64,000 nucleotides of DNA. Origin: Longimicrobiales bacterium. GTDB taxonomy: Bacteria > Gemmatimonadota > Gemmatimonadetes > Longimicrobiales > Gaopeijiaceae. Of the stretch, positions 8,872 to 18,130 are shown one piece after another (the stretch's first letter is position 1; each line of letters begins with the position of its first letter). The translations under genes were made by a program, and so were the position numbers. The stretch covers positions 1,280,001-1,344,000 of the forward strand of contig CBDBCF010000001.1 in assembly GCA_965202985.1 (NCBI GenBank), written 5' to 3'. The notes beneath the pieces are model-generated. The model saw nothing but the letters and a program-made list of their open reading frames with translations. It ran no database searches and had not been told where the DNA came from.

Positions 8872-10106
8872 CGAGCTCCCTGAGTCGGCATGCTTTCCAA
8901 AGGCACGGTGTGGCTTCCCGATCGCTTATACCACCAATCCTTCAGCCATTGGGAGCAAAAGCGGTATGCGTCGCCGTCAGGCTCCAAGTAGCCGTCATGG
9001 ACCAGTATGTCGATGATCGTCGTGATGCGCTTGTTCGCTTGTTCAGGGGAGCCAGCGTACGCGCGTTTCAACGCGGTTCGGGCGGCAGGCGAGAAGCTGC
9101 CTTGGATCGCCGCCTCCCCGAGGATCCGACAGGCAATCTCGTGGTCGAGACCGTCTCCGACGGCATCCTTCAGTCGTGTGTCGTAGTGCAACAAGTCCGT
9201 CTGGCCGACGGGTCCAAGCATTTCGGTTTGGTAGATGCACTCCACGTCTTCGGTTCTGATTTTGCCGGCGCCTCGCACCTCGGGCGATTGCCGCAGGCGT
9301 GCGAAGAAGCACTGGATGTGCTGGGGAATACCGATGCCGAGCCGGTTGTAGACGGCACCGGCAACTCCTTGCTCTAGCTCAAGACCATAGTGGGCGGCAA
9401 GGCGTCGGAAGCACTCTTCGCTGTCGGCGCGGTTCCACGGTCCCAGACGGAAGGGGTGTAGGTAGTTGATTCGATCCGGCAACCGGAGGCGCTGTACGAG
9501 CGGGACAAGGCCGATGCTTCCTGAGACCAGCAGGACCGGCGAAGGACCGACGACTTTCTGGAACGCTCCACGCAGCCAACTCAGGAACACGTCGACACGG
9601 TGGGCGCCCTTGTTTTGGCGGAGCAGACGAGTCAGGAATATGGGCAGCTCGTCGATGACCAGCAGGACAGGACTGTCGTGGTGGGCGCAAAGCGCGATCA
9701 GGTCGTCGCCTCGACTTTGCCAAGTCCCCTCGGTTAGGCTGGCGCGGAACTTGATTCGAAAGTCGTAAGCTCCGATTTCTTCAACCTTGCCGAACATCTG
9801 GCCGAGCCATCGCCCGGACGACTCGACAAGGCGTTTGCGGATGGATGTGCACGGGTAGACGGCCTCTGCGACCCTTGCGATCACGTCTTCCTCGGATTCG
9901 GCCCCCTCGACATCCGTGAACAGGCAGGTCCATCCTTGCTGCAACCGCTCCCCAAGCATCTGGGCCAGGCTGGTCTTTCCCATTCGGCGCTGGCCGGTGA
10001 GCAGAACGTGGTTGCCGTCGCGCACGAGCTGCTCCAGGCGCTCCAGCTCGTCGGTTCGGTCGAAGAAGTTGTCGCCGCTTACCCAGCGACCGGTAGATGA
10101 TTGCAT
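8868..10106 (-). CDS. Archaeal-type/STAND-like AAA ATPase with C-terminal winged helix
   Basis: FFDRTDELE, Walker A GQRRMGKT, Walker B LLVIDE, VSGS sensor, GIP, LVHDGYL; ATG at 10106 with upstream GAGG; ATGA-coupled to the TPR ATPase. Confidence 0.8.
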   Translation of the reverse strand: MQSSTGRWVSGDNFFDRTDELERLEQLVRDGNHVLLTGQRRMGKTSLAQMLGERLQQGWTCLFTDVEGAESEEDVIARVAEAVYPCTSIRKRLVESSGRWLGQMFGKVEEIGAYDFRIKFRASLTEGTWQSRGDDLIALCAHHDSPVLLVIDELPIFLTRLLRQNKGAHRVDVFLSWLRGAFQKVVGPSPVLLVSGSIGLVPLVQRLRLPDRINYLHPFRLGPWNRADSEECFRRLAAHYGLELEQGVAGAVYNRLGIGIPQHIQCFFARLRQSPEVRGAGKIRTEDVECIYQTEMLGPVGQTDLLHYDTRLKDAVGDGLDHEIACRILGEAAIQGSFSPAARTALKRAYAGSPEQANKRITTIIDILVHDGYLEPDGDAYRFCSQWLKDWWYKRSGSHTVPLESMPTQGAR

Positions 10107-10190
10107 GCTGGCAGTCCTCTCGTGTTCGGCGTTGTACGAGCATCCGCGGTGGCCGGACATCCGGCTCGTTCTCCGGGTCGTTGAAGGATA

Positions 10191-10255
10191 GCGGTCAGCA
10201 AGCTCGCTGTCAACAATCTTGCTGTCAGCAGTTTTGCTGTCATCGGATTCGCTGA
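10191..10255. repeat. Degenerate 15-bp tandem repeat (GCTGTCA core) x4-5
   Basis: gcggtcagcaagctc / gctgtcaacaatctt / gctgtcagcagtttt / gctgtcatcggattc / gctga. Confidence 0.75.
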
Positions 10256-10360
10256 ATCTGCGGAGGCCAAGGGAGATCGGAGCCACCGTCGCCGACTGGC
10301 CCCGTTCGTCCCCGGTGACGCCGGTCATTCGCCCCTGGCGGGCCAGTCGCCAGGCGGCTC

Positions 10361-10400
10361 TGACAGATTCTTTGACAGATTCTACCCATTATCTGTCAAA
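10361..10400. promoter_or_regulatory. Operator-like palindrome TTTGACAGAT-N10-ATCTGTCAAA plus direct repeat TGACAGATTC x2
   Basis: Perfect 10-bp inverted repeat at 10371-10380/10391-10400; TGACAGATTC at 10361 and 10373; AT-rich patch upstream of the ATPase pair. Confidence 0.55.
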
Positions 10401-10603
10401 CGGACACCGGCACGGCACGCTCGGATCGCGGAGGCGTTCGTGCCGCTTCGTGGCCAACAAGTTCGGCGCGGCCGGGGGCCGGGCAGCTGTCGGGCGTGAT
10501 CGGTGGGCTTGCGCGAACGCGACCAGCCGGATGCGGCGGCGGACGCCGTCATCGGGTGCGACACGGTCGCGGAGTCGCTGGCCCGGACTCGCGAACTAGC
10601 CGA

Positions 10604-13600
10604 CTAGCCGCCCGCCCTCCATGTGGCCGACAGCTTGATCCGGCGGCCTCGGGCGCTGTGCGTGAAGGCGTCGAAAGCGTGTTCCCAGGCCACGAACGGC
10701 GCGGGAGTGTCCAGCACGTTGGCGACGGCGAGGGCGATGTCGAAGCCTCGGCCGGTGCGCCGCAACAGGCTCGCGTCCCAGGTGACGACGCGCGGGATCG
10801 TCTCCCACCGGGTGCCGACGAACTCCTCGTTGGTGTAGGACGAGACGGCGCTGATCCAGTTGACGAAGCTGTAGTCGCCTCGGTGAATCCCGGCCGAGAA
10901 CCGTGTCTTCCATTGCGGCAACGGCGGTGCCACCGGGTTGAACCAGTTCAGACGCCCCTCCGCCGACTGCGCGGCGAAGAGCTCGGCGCCGTTCACCTGC
11001 AGCGCCTTGACGCGGTAACGGCGCGTGTAGGTCCCGTCCGTGCCCAGAGAAACGACGCCCTGCCCTGCGGGAAGCCGCGCGCTCACGTGCCAATCGACCC
11101 CCGATGTGCTGGCGCCGGGCCAGTTCACGAGCCCCACTCGTATTCGCTCGATGTCCGTGGATGCGCACGTGCCGGTGCCCTGTCCATCCGGGCAGCTGAC
11201 GAACTCCTTGACGGCGTCCCGCAAGACGCCCCCGGCGTGGTACAACCTTGTCACTCCGGCGTAGGGCAGCACGTCGATCAGGTTGCGAAAGTCGTAGCTC
11301 CAGTAGTCCACGGCGGCCCGCATTCGAGACGACTGAACGCTGACGCCGACGTTGTACGTGAACGCCTGCTCGGGCGCTAGATCGGGGTTGCCGAAGTTGT
11401 CGGTGGCCCGCCACGCCTCGGCCTCGGGCACGTACACGGTCGCCGTGTTCTGGTGCTCGTTCACGTCGTCCACCGAAGGCGCACGAAAGGTCGTCTGCAC
11501 CGACGCGCGCAACGCCAGCGCATCGAACAGCTGCACGCGCAGCGCCAGCCTGGGGTCGAAGCTGCCGGCCAAGTCGTGGAACTCGTAGTTGGCGGCCGCC
11601 TGGGCGCTGATCCTGTCGCCGAACGTCAAGGGAACTTCGGCGAAGAACCGATGCACGGTCTGTGACGCGTCGTCCGGATAGAAGCCGTTGATGAGGCTGA
11701 ACGGGCCGATCTTTTCGCTGCAGCTCTGGTCGCCCAGCACGGGACACGGGTTGATCGACAGGTTGCCTGCGTCGTTGGGTTGCGCGGAGACGCCGAACCA
11801 GCGGAACTGGTATCCGGCCGCAAAGTTGGCCACGTCCTCCGCAAGTGTGCCTCTCACCATGGCGTCGGCAACCGCCAAGTTGGTCTTGCTCCGCAGATCG
11901 ACCTCGTCGAAGAGCCACGTCCGCAACTCGGGCGGGTTGGCCAGCGACGCCACGTAGCCTGGGTTCGCCCGCGTCTCGAACGGCGCTCCGGGTTGTTGCG
12001 AGTATTGGACGGCGCTGCTGAAGGGGTTGTAGTACATGCATCCGCCTTGCCCCGCCACCGCTCCGTTCAGCGGCCCCAACGCCATGCCGGAAGGGCTCGA
12101 CGCGTCCGGTACGACGAGCACGCCGCACTCCGGGCCGCCGAAGCCCCGAAACGCCAGGAACCGCCGGTGGGCGTACTCGGCGGGTAGGCTCACGTTGCCG
12201 GTGGCCCGCGAGTAGCCGACCGCCGCTTCGAGCACCAAGTCGTCTCCGGCCAAGGTGCCCGCGGTCCGACTGGCGGAAGCCGCGACGCGCAACGCCTGCG
12301 ACCCGCGCGACACCACGCGGGCGGGACCGCTGTTGCCGATCGTGCGCCCGTAGAAGTACCAGTCGCCTTCCAGGCACTCGGCGGTGGACGCGAATCCGGC
12401 GACGGCGGCTTCGTTGTTGCAGAAGTGCCGGCGTCCGGGGTTGCCCGGCGCCACTAGGTGCGCGCCGTCGTACTGGTAGATGGGCGCGAACGAGGGCGTG
12501 GTGGACCACTTCGGCGTCGCCGTTCGGGCGAACAGCGCCTCCAGGTGATAGTCTCCGCCGTCTCCCCATGCGCCGTTGAGTTCGCCGAAAGCCCGAACGT
12601 ATCTGGACGCCTGCTGCAAGTCGTCCCAGGCCTGATAGCGCATCCGGCAGGTCTCTTCTTCGAGATGGCCCCCGAAGTCTTGGCAAGCCGGGTCCACGAA
12701 CACGCGACCGCCGAACTGCGCCTTGCGCAGGGCTGCCGCAAACTCCTTGGGGGACTCGTCGCCGCCGAGCTCCGGGAAGAGGAACGCGCCCGGATTGCCC
12801 ACGAACGACCAGCCGCCGGCGCCGGAGACGAAGGGCGCAAGAGCGAACTCACGATCCCGAACCTTCAGGTATTGCGTCTGCAACGCTTCCGCAGAGACCA
12901 CGACGTGAGCGTTCTCGCCCAGCGGCCGGCCCCAGATGCCAGCGATGCTCGTGGCGCCGGAAGCGGCGTAGTATTCGTGCGCGGCGACGAACTCCACGCC
13001 TTCGAAATCGCTCCGCGTGAGAAAATTGGTCACGCCCGCCACGGCGTCGGAGCCGTACACAGCGGACGCGCCTTCCTTCAGGACTTCGATCCGGTCGAGC
13101 GAAATCGACGGAAACGAGTTCACGTCCACGAACCGGCCCCCGTACATCCGCACCGGCACGTAGGTGTGCCGTCGGCCGTTGAGCAGCACGAGCGTGCGCG
13201 AAGGCCCAAGGCCGCGAAGGTTCACGCTGGCGATCGTCTCGGGCACGGCGGCGGGCTGGGCCGTGTTGGCGAAGCTGTGCCGTTCGCCCAACGCGCCGTG
13301 GCTGGCGCTCAGGTTCTTGAAGAAGTCGGTGGCCTGGGGCGACCCCTGTTCGGCCAAGGTTCGGCGGCTGGAAACCGCGACCGAGTACGGCAAGGTGACC
13401 GGCGACTCCTCGAAGGCCGTGCCCGTCACCACGATCTCGACCAGTTCCAGCGCCGTGGAGTGGAGCCGCACGTCGACGGCAACGGTCTCGCCCGCCACGA
13501 CGATCACGGTTCGGACCACGCTCGCGAACCCGATCAGCTCCACATGGAGCTCCCGCGTGCCTGCCCCGACGCCGGGCAGCACGAACCGACCGCCTTCCCT

Positions 13601-13825
13601 GGACAGCACTCCGGTTCCCAGGACCGGGACGTGCACCTGGGCCGACGACAGCGGCGCGCCGGTGCCTGCGTCGGAAACCGTGCCGACAATGGTTCCGGTT
13701 TGGGCGCGCGCCTGCGAAGTCGCGGTTCCCAACGCCGCAGTGGAAGCAACGGAAGCAACCACCGAAAGGAGCAGCCGCTTGGCCGAAAGAGCCGGCCGCG
13801 GAGCTTTGCGCCCAGGCATTCGCAT
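10604..13825 (-). CDS. TonB-dependent receptor with N-terminal carboxypeptidase-regulatory-like domain
   Basis: Signal peptide, TGTIVGTVSDAGTG domain, EIVVTGT TonB box, NLRGLGPSRTLVLLNGRR, DRIEVLKEGASAVYGSDAVAGVTNF, GNPDLAPE, NVLD. Confidence 0.93.
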   Translation of the reverse strand: MRMPGRKAPRPALSAKRLLLSVVASVASTAALGTATSQARAQTGTIVGTVSDAGTGAPLSSAQVHVPVLGTGVLSREGGRFVLPGVGAGTRELHVELIGFASVVRTVIVVAGETVAVDVRLHSTALELVEIVVTGTAFEESPVTLPYSVAVSSRRTLAEQGSPQATDFFKNLSASHGALGERHSFANTAQPAAVPETIASVNLRGLGPSRTLVLLNGRRHTYVPVRMYGGRFVDVNSFPSISLDRIEVLKEGASAVYGSDAVAGVTNFLTRSDFEGVEFVAAHEYYAASGATSIAGIWGRPLGENAHVVVSAEALQTQYLKVRDREFALAPFVSGAGGWSFVGNPGAFLFPELGGDESPKEFAAALRKAQFGGRVFVDPACQDFGGHLEEETCRMRYQAWDDLQQASRYVRAFGELNGAWGDGGDYHLEALFARTATPKWSTTPSFAPIYQYDGAHLVAPGNPGRRHFCNNEAAVAGFASTAECLEGDWYFYGRTIGNSGPARVVSRGSQALRVAASASRTAGTLAGDDLVLEAAVGYSRATGNVSLPAEYAHRRFLAFRGFGGPECGVLVVPDASSPSGMALGPLNGAVAGQGGCMYYNPFSSAVQYSQQPGAPFETRANPGYVASLANPPELRTWLFDEVDLRSKTNLAVADAMVRGTLAEDVANFAAGYQFRWFGVSAQPNDAGNLSINPCPVLGDQSCSEKIGPFSLINGFYPDDASQTVHRFFAEVPLTFGDRISAQAAANYEFHDLAGSFDPRLALRVQLFDALALRASVQTTFRAPSVDDVNEHQNTATVYVPEAEAWRATDNFGNPDLAPEQAFTYNVGVSVQSSRMRAAVDYWSYDFRNLIDVLPYAGVTRLYHAGGVLRDAVKEFVSCPDGQGTGTCASTDIERIRVGLVNWPGASTSGVDWHVSARLPAGQGVVSLGTDGTYTRRYRVKALQVNGAELFAAQSAEGRLNWFNPVAPPLPQWKTRFSAGIHRGDYSFVNWISAVSSYTNEEFVGTRWETIPRVVTWDASLLRRTGRGFDIALAVANVLDTPAPFVAWEHAFDAFTHSARGRRIKLSATWRAGG

Positions 13826-13908
13826 AGACGGCTCCCTTTGGTCTCCGGCACACCGGCCCGATGGGGCGGGGAAAGGCGGCGCGCCTTGCGCTTCGCCGGT
13901 TCACTGGG

Positions 13909-13970
13909 ATTGTAGCGCCGTCGCAAAGCAAGCGTCAACGTTGACGGGAGCGGCCGGAACACCGTACGGT
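13909..13970. promoter_or_regulatory. Back-to-back divergent sigma-70 promoters sharing the palindrome CGTCAACGTTGACG
   Basis: Minus: TTGACG(13938-13933)-N18-TACAAT(13914-13909) toward the TonB receptor; plus: TTGACG(13941-13946)-N18-TACGGT(13965-13970), 8 nt before the res ATG. Confidence 0.55.
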
Positions 13971-13978
13971 TTTCTCCG

Positions 13979-16900
13979 ATGAACGCCCGCTTCTTCGAAC
14001 AGCCCGTCCTCAACTCGCCCTACTCGGCGCCGGACCGCCACTGGCGCCTGGACGGCGACGGGCAACCCACCCACGAGATCGTCGCCAGCCGACGGCCCGC
14101 CGACTTCGCGACGCCCGTTCCCAAGCCGCGCCGCGCCGGCAGGGGCACCACGGGCACGGTCGTGGGCTCGGATCAGGCGATGCTGGTGCTGGACGAAGGG
14201 CGGGGCCTCTCCACCGCCGACCAGCAGTACCAGAAGGACGTGATCAACCGCGTGCGCGACCACGTGACCCGCTGGCGGGCCATCCCGGACCCCAACGACT
14301 GGCGCGTCACGCCCGAGACGGCGCGCATCCTGCGCCACTGGCGGTCGCACCGGTTCAGCGGCGTCCGCCCGTTCTTCTGCCAAGTAGAGGCCGCCGAGAC
14401 GGTCGTGTGGTTCACGGAGGTGGCGCAGCGAACCAAGGCGGGGCGCGAACTGCTCCAACACATGGAAGACGCCAGCCGCGACGCCAACCCGGACCTCTCC
14501 CGACTGGCGCTCAAGCTGGCGACCGGCGCTGGCAAGACCACGGTCATGGCCATGCTCGTCGCGTGGCAGACGATCAACGCCGTGCGCCATCCCGGCAGCC
14601 CGCGGTTCACGCGAGGGTTCCTGGTCGTCGCACCGGGCATCACGATCCGCGACCGCCTGCGCGTGCTGCTTCCCCACGACCCGAACAGCTACTACAAGTC
14701 CCGCGAACTGGTGCCGGCCGACATGCAGCGCGACCTGGACCGCGCCAAGATCGTGATCACCAACTGGCACGCCTTCATCCAGCGCGAGAAGATGAAGCTG
14801 TCGAGGGGCGGGCGGGCGCTCCTGCAAGGAAGGGGCAAGGGGCCGGCGATCCGCACTACGGAAACCGAAGGCCAGATGCTCCAGCGCGTGATGCCCGAAC
14901 TGATGGGCATGAAGCGCGTCATGGTCTTCAACGACGAGGGGCACCACTGCTACCGGGAGAGGCCGCCGGAAGCCAGCGAGGAGGGCCGTCTCCAGGGCGA
15001 CGACCTGCAGGAGGCCAAGAGAAACAAGGAAGCGGCCCGCGTTTGGATTTCGGGCCTGGAGGCGGTGCAGCGCAAGCTGGGCGTCCTGCGCGTCGTGGAC
15101 CTGTCGGCGACGCCGTTCTTCCTGCGCGGATCGGGCTACGCCGAAGGCACCCTCTTCCCATGGACGATGAGCGACTTCTCGCTCATGGACGCCATCGAGT
15201 CCGGCATCGTCAAGCTGCCCCGAGTGCCGATCGCCGACAACATTCCCGGCGGCGACATGCCCAAGTTCCGCAACCTGTGGGAGCACATCGGCAAGAAGAT
15301 GCCCAAGAAGGGACGAGGCAAGAACGCCTCCCCTTTGGACCCCCGCAATCTGCCCGTGCAACTCCAGACTGCCCTGGACGCCCTCTACGGCAACTACGAG
15401 AAGGTCTTCGAGCTGTGGAAGCAGGCCGATACCGAGGTGCCGCCCTGCTTCATCATCGTGTGCAACAATACGTCCACGTCGAAGCTCGTGTTCGACTACG
15501 TCTCCGGCTTCCTTATGCCGGACTCGGACAAGGGCGGCCAGCGGCTGCACAACGGCCGTCTCCCCCTCTTCCGGAACTTCGACGAGAACGGCGTTCGCTA
15601 CTCCCGCCCCCGCACGCTGCTCATCGACAGCGAGCAACTCGAGTCCGGCGAAGCATTGGACACCAGCTTCCGCAAGGCCGCCTCCTCCGAGATCGAGCAG
15701 TTCCGGCGCGAGATCGTCCAGCGCACCGGCGATCGTCGGCAAGCCGAGAACCTGTCCGACTCCGACATCCTGCGCGAGGTCATGAATACGGTCGGCAAGG
15801 CGGGCCGGCTGGGCGGCGGCATCCGCTGCGTGGTGTCGGTGTCGATGCTCACCGAGGGCTGGGACGCCAACAACGTCACGCACGTGCTGGGCGTCCGCGC
15901 CTTCGGAACCCAGCTGCTGTGCGAGCAGGTCGTGGGCCGGGCGCTCCGGCGGCAGTCCTACGACCTGAACGACGACGACCGATTCAACGTCGAGTACGCC
16001 GACGTGCTGGGCATCCCCTTCGACTTCACCGCCGAGCCCGTGGTAGCGCCGCCCCAGCCGCCCCGGGAGACGGTCGAAGTGCGGGCAGTGGTTCCCGAGC
16101 GCAACGCCTGCGAACTCCGCTTTCCCCGAGTGCAGGGCTATCGCGTGGAGCTTCCCGAGGAGCAGCTGTCCGCCACCTTCGACGACCACTCGACCTTGGA
16201 ACTCACGCCTGAGCTGGTCGGCCCTACGCGAACCCACAACCAGGGCATCATCGGCAAGGGCGTGGACCTGACGTTGGAAGGGTTGGAGAACGTGCGCACG
16301 AACACGCTCGCGTACGAACTCACCTGGCGGCTGCTCGAGACCAAGTGGCGGGACGCCGACGAGGAGCCCAAGCTGTACCTGTTCGGCCAGCTAAAGCAGA
16401 TCACCCGTCGCTGGTTGGACAGCCATCTGGAGTGCACCGGCGGCACCTTCCCAGCCCAGCTCATGTACCAGGAGCTGGCCGACAGGGCCTGCGAACTCAT
16501 TCACCAGGGCATCGTGTCGCGCCACGAGGGCGACAGCCCGGTCAAGGCGATGCTGGACCCCTACAACCCCTGGGGCTCCACCGCCACCGTGCGCTTCACC
16601 ACGTCCAAGACCCGTCGCTGGAAGACCGCCGCCGACCTCTGCCACGTGAACTGGGCCGTCTGCGACAGCGACTGGGAGCTGGAGTTCTGCCGCGTGGCCG
16701 AGGCCGACCCCCGCGTCCGCGCCTACGTGAAGAACCAGGGACTGGGCCTGGAGGTCCCCTACCGCGACGGCTCGGTGTCGCGCATCTACGTTCCCGATTT
16801 TATCTTGCGGGTGGACGACGGCCGCGGCGCCGACGACCTTCTGAACCTGATCGTCGAGATCAAGGGCCGTCGCCGAGAGGACGCCAACGCCAAGAGGAAC

Positions 16901-17032
16901 GCCATGAACGCCTATTGGGTACCTGGGGTGAACAACCTGGGCGGCTTCGGCCGCTGGGCGTTCGCCGAGATCACGGAGGCGGGGACGATGGGAGAAGCGC
17001 TGGACGCGGCGATTGCGGGAGGGCTCGGATGA
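13979..17032 (+). CDS. res: Type III restriction endonuclease Res subunit (SF2 helicase + PD-(D/E)xK)
   Basis: Walker A LATGAGKT, DEGHH, SATP, MLTEGWD, QVVGRALRR, C-terminal YVPDFILR...IVEIKG; paired with mod. Confidence 0.92.
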   Translation: MNARFFEQPVLNSPYSAPDRHWRLDGDGQPTHEIVASRRPADFATPVPKPRRAGRGTTGTVVGSDQAMLVLDEGRGLSTADQQYQKDVINRVRDHVTRWRAIPDPNDWRVTPETARILRHWRSHRFSGVRPFFCQVEAAETVVWFTEVAQRTKAGRELLQHMEDASRDANPDLSRLALKLATGAGKTTVMAMLVAWQTINAVRHPGSPRFTRGFLVVAPGITIRDRLRVLLPHDPNSYYKSRELVPADMQRDLDRAKIVITNWHAFIQREKMKLSRGGRALLQGRGKGPAIRTTETEGQMLQRVMPELMGMKRVMVFNDEGHHCYRERPPEASEEGRLQGDDLQEAKRNKEAARVWISGLEAVQRKLGVLRVVDLSATPFFLRGSGYAEGTLFPWTMSDFSLMDAIESGIVKLPRVPIADNIPGGDMPKFRNLWEHIGKKMPKKGRGKNASPLDPRNLPVQLQTALDALYGNYEKVFELWKQADTEVPPCFIIVCNNTSTSKLVFDYVSGFLMPDSDKGGQRLHNGRLPLFRNFDENGVRYSRPRTLLIDSEQLESGEALDTSFRKAASSEIEQFRREIVQRTGDRRQAENLSDSDILREVMNTVGKAGRLGGGIRCVVSVSMLTEGWDANNVTHVLGVRAFGTQLLCEQVVGRALRRQSYDLNDDDRFNVEYADVLGIPFDFTAEPVVAPPQPPRETVEVRAVVPERNACELRFPRVQGYRVELPEEQLSATFDDHSTLELTPELVGPTRTHNQGIIGKGVDLTLEGLENVRTNTLAYELTWRLLETKWRDADEEPKLYLFGQLKQITRRWLDSHLECTGGTFPAQLMYQELADRACELIHQGIVSRHEGDSPVKAMLDPYNPWGSTATVRFTTSKTRRWKTAADLCHVNWAVCDSDWELEFCRVAEADPRVRAYVKNQGLGLEVPYRDGSVSRIYVPDFILRVDDGRGADDLLNLIVEIKGRRREDANAKRNAMNAYWVPGVNNLGGFGRWAFAEITEAGTMGEALDAAIAGGLG

Positions 17033-17658
17033 CGAGAGACGACATCGTGTTGGCCGGTATGGCCGCCGCCGGGCCAAGCACCAAGTTCGATGCGGTGCAG
17101 CTGCAAAAGCTCTTCTTTCTCATCGATCGGGAGATACCGCAGCTGATTGGAGGCCCGCACTTCGACTTCAGGCCCTATCACTACGGCCCTTTCGACAGAG
17201 CCGTCTACGACGTACTCGACGGCCTGCTGGAATCTGGCGATGCGTCCGTTGACACTTCCTCCCGATATCCTCGGTATTCCCTAACCGCTCCTGGCGCGCA
17301 ACGGGGCGTCCGCTTCCTCGAGGAGATGCACGACAGCGCGTCCCACTACATGAACGAGGCTAGCAACTGGGTAGTGGCCACACCTTTCCAGCCTTTGCTG
17401 GCCGCCATCTATCGGCAGTACCCCGACATGGCGCGAAACAGCGTCGTTCCCCACTTGGCCAAGCCACACGCTCGGGCCACATTCCGCTATCCAACGCCTT
17501 CGTTCGCGTCTGGAATGGCGAGGGCAATCGATCTCTTCGGCACGCTAGACGACCTCGAGACCACGATCGGTGATCCAGAGATTGACGCGTTGGCGACGTA
17601 CAACGATTGGCGTGCCGTCGGCGAAGACATCGAGGCCGCGATGGGCCGGACAGATTAG
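17029..17658 (+). CDS. Hypothetical protein with SocA/Panacea/YwgA-like N-terminal domain and an extra C-terminal domain
   Basis: ATGA overlap with res; QLQKLFFL...FDFRPYHYGPFDRAVYDVLDGL signature; C-terminal PSFASGMARAIDLFG...DWRAVGEDI. Confidence 0.65.
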   Translation: MTRDDIVLAGMAAAGPSTKFDAVQLQKLFFLIDREIPQLIGGPHFDFRPYHYGPFDRAVYDVLDGLLESGDASVDTSSRYPRYSLTAPGAQRGVRFLEEMHDSASHYMNEASNWVVATPFQPLLAAIYRQYPDMARNSVVPHLAKPHARATFRYPTPSFASGMARAIDLFGTLDDLETTIGDPEIDALATYNDWRAVGEDIEAAMGRTD

Positions 17659-17660
17659 CC

Positions 17661-18129
17661 GTGGCCAGGCGACTCTACACCGACGCCGAGTTGGACGCCC
17701 TGCGAACGATGCGGAAGCGTGTCACGAATCCCGGAGCACGCTGGGTCCCCAAGCCCAAGAAAGAAACCTGGTCACCGCCAGCGAATCTTTCGTGCCTCGG
17801 CAGTCGACGAGGATCTGGAGTTCTTGATCTTCCAGAGGGAAGGCCTCATGGACAAGCTTGATTTTTCCTGTGGACTTGTCTGCGTTTCACGTGGCGACCG
17901 GCTGATACTGGCACGATACAATGGCCCGGGACATGAGCATGGCGACATCACGTTTCGTCCGCACATTCATCGTGCTACCGAACAAGCTATCGCTGACGGC
18001 TTACGACCGGATTCCCATGCGCAAGAAACCCATCGCTTTGACTCACTTCAGGGTGCTCTCGCCTGCTTGACCGTCGACTGCGCCGTAAGTGGTCTGCATG
18101 CACCGTCTGATCAACCCTCGTTGTTCTGA
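17661..18129 (+). pseudogene. Frameshifted hypothetical protein (DUF6978-like)
   Basis: GTG frame VARRLYTDAELDALRTMRKRVTNPGARWVPKPKK continues in the +1 frame as PGHRQRIF...LARYNGPGHEH...HIHRATEQAI; span is 469 nt (1 extra) with the shift near AAGAAAGAAA 17757-17766. Confidence 0.6.
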
Positions 18130-18130
18130 T

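Noticed and set aside
10107..10328. N-terminal extension of the ATPase containing DSKTA/DSKIV/DSELA repeats
   Set aside because: The family-like sequence starts at MQSSTGRWV with an RBS; the repeat is better read as non-coding, though translation is not excluded
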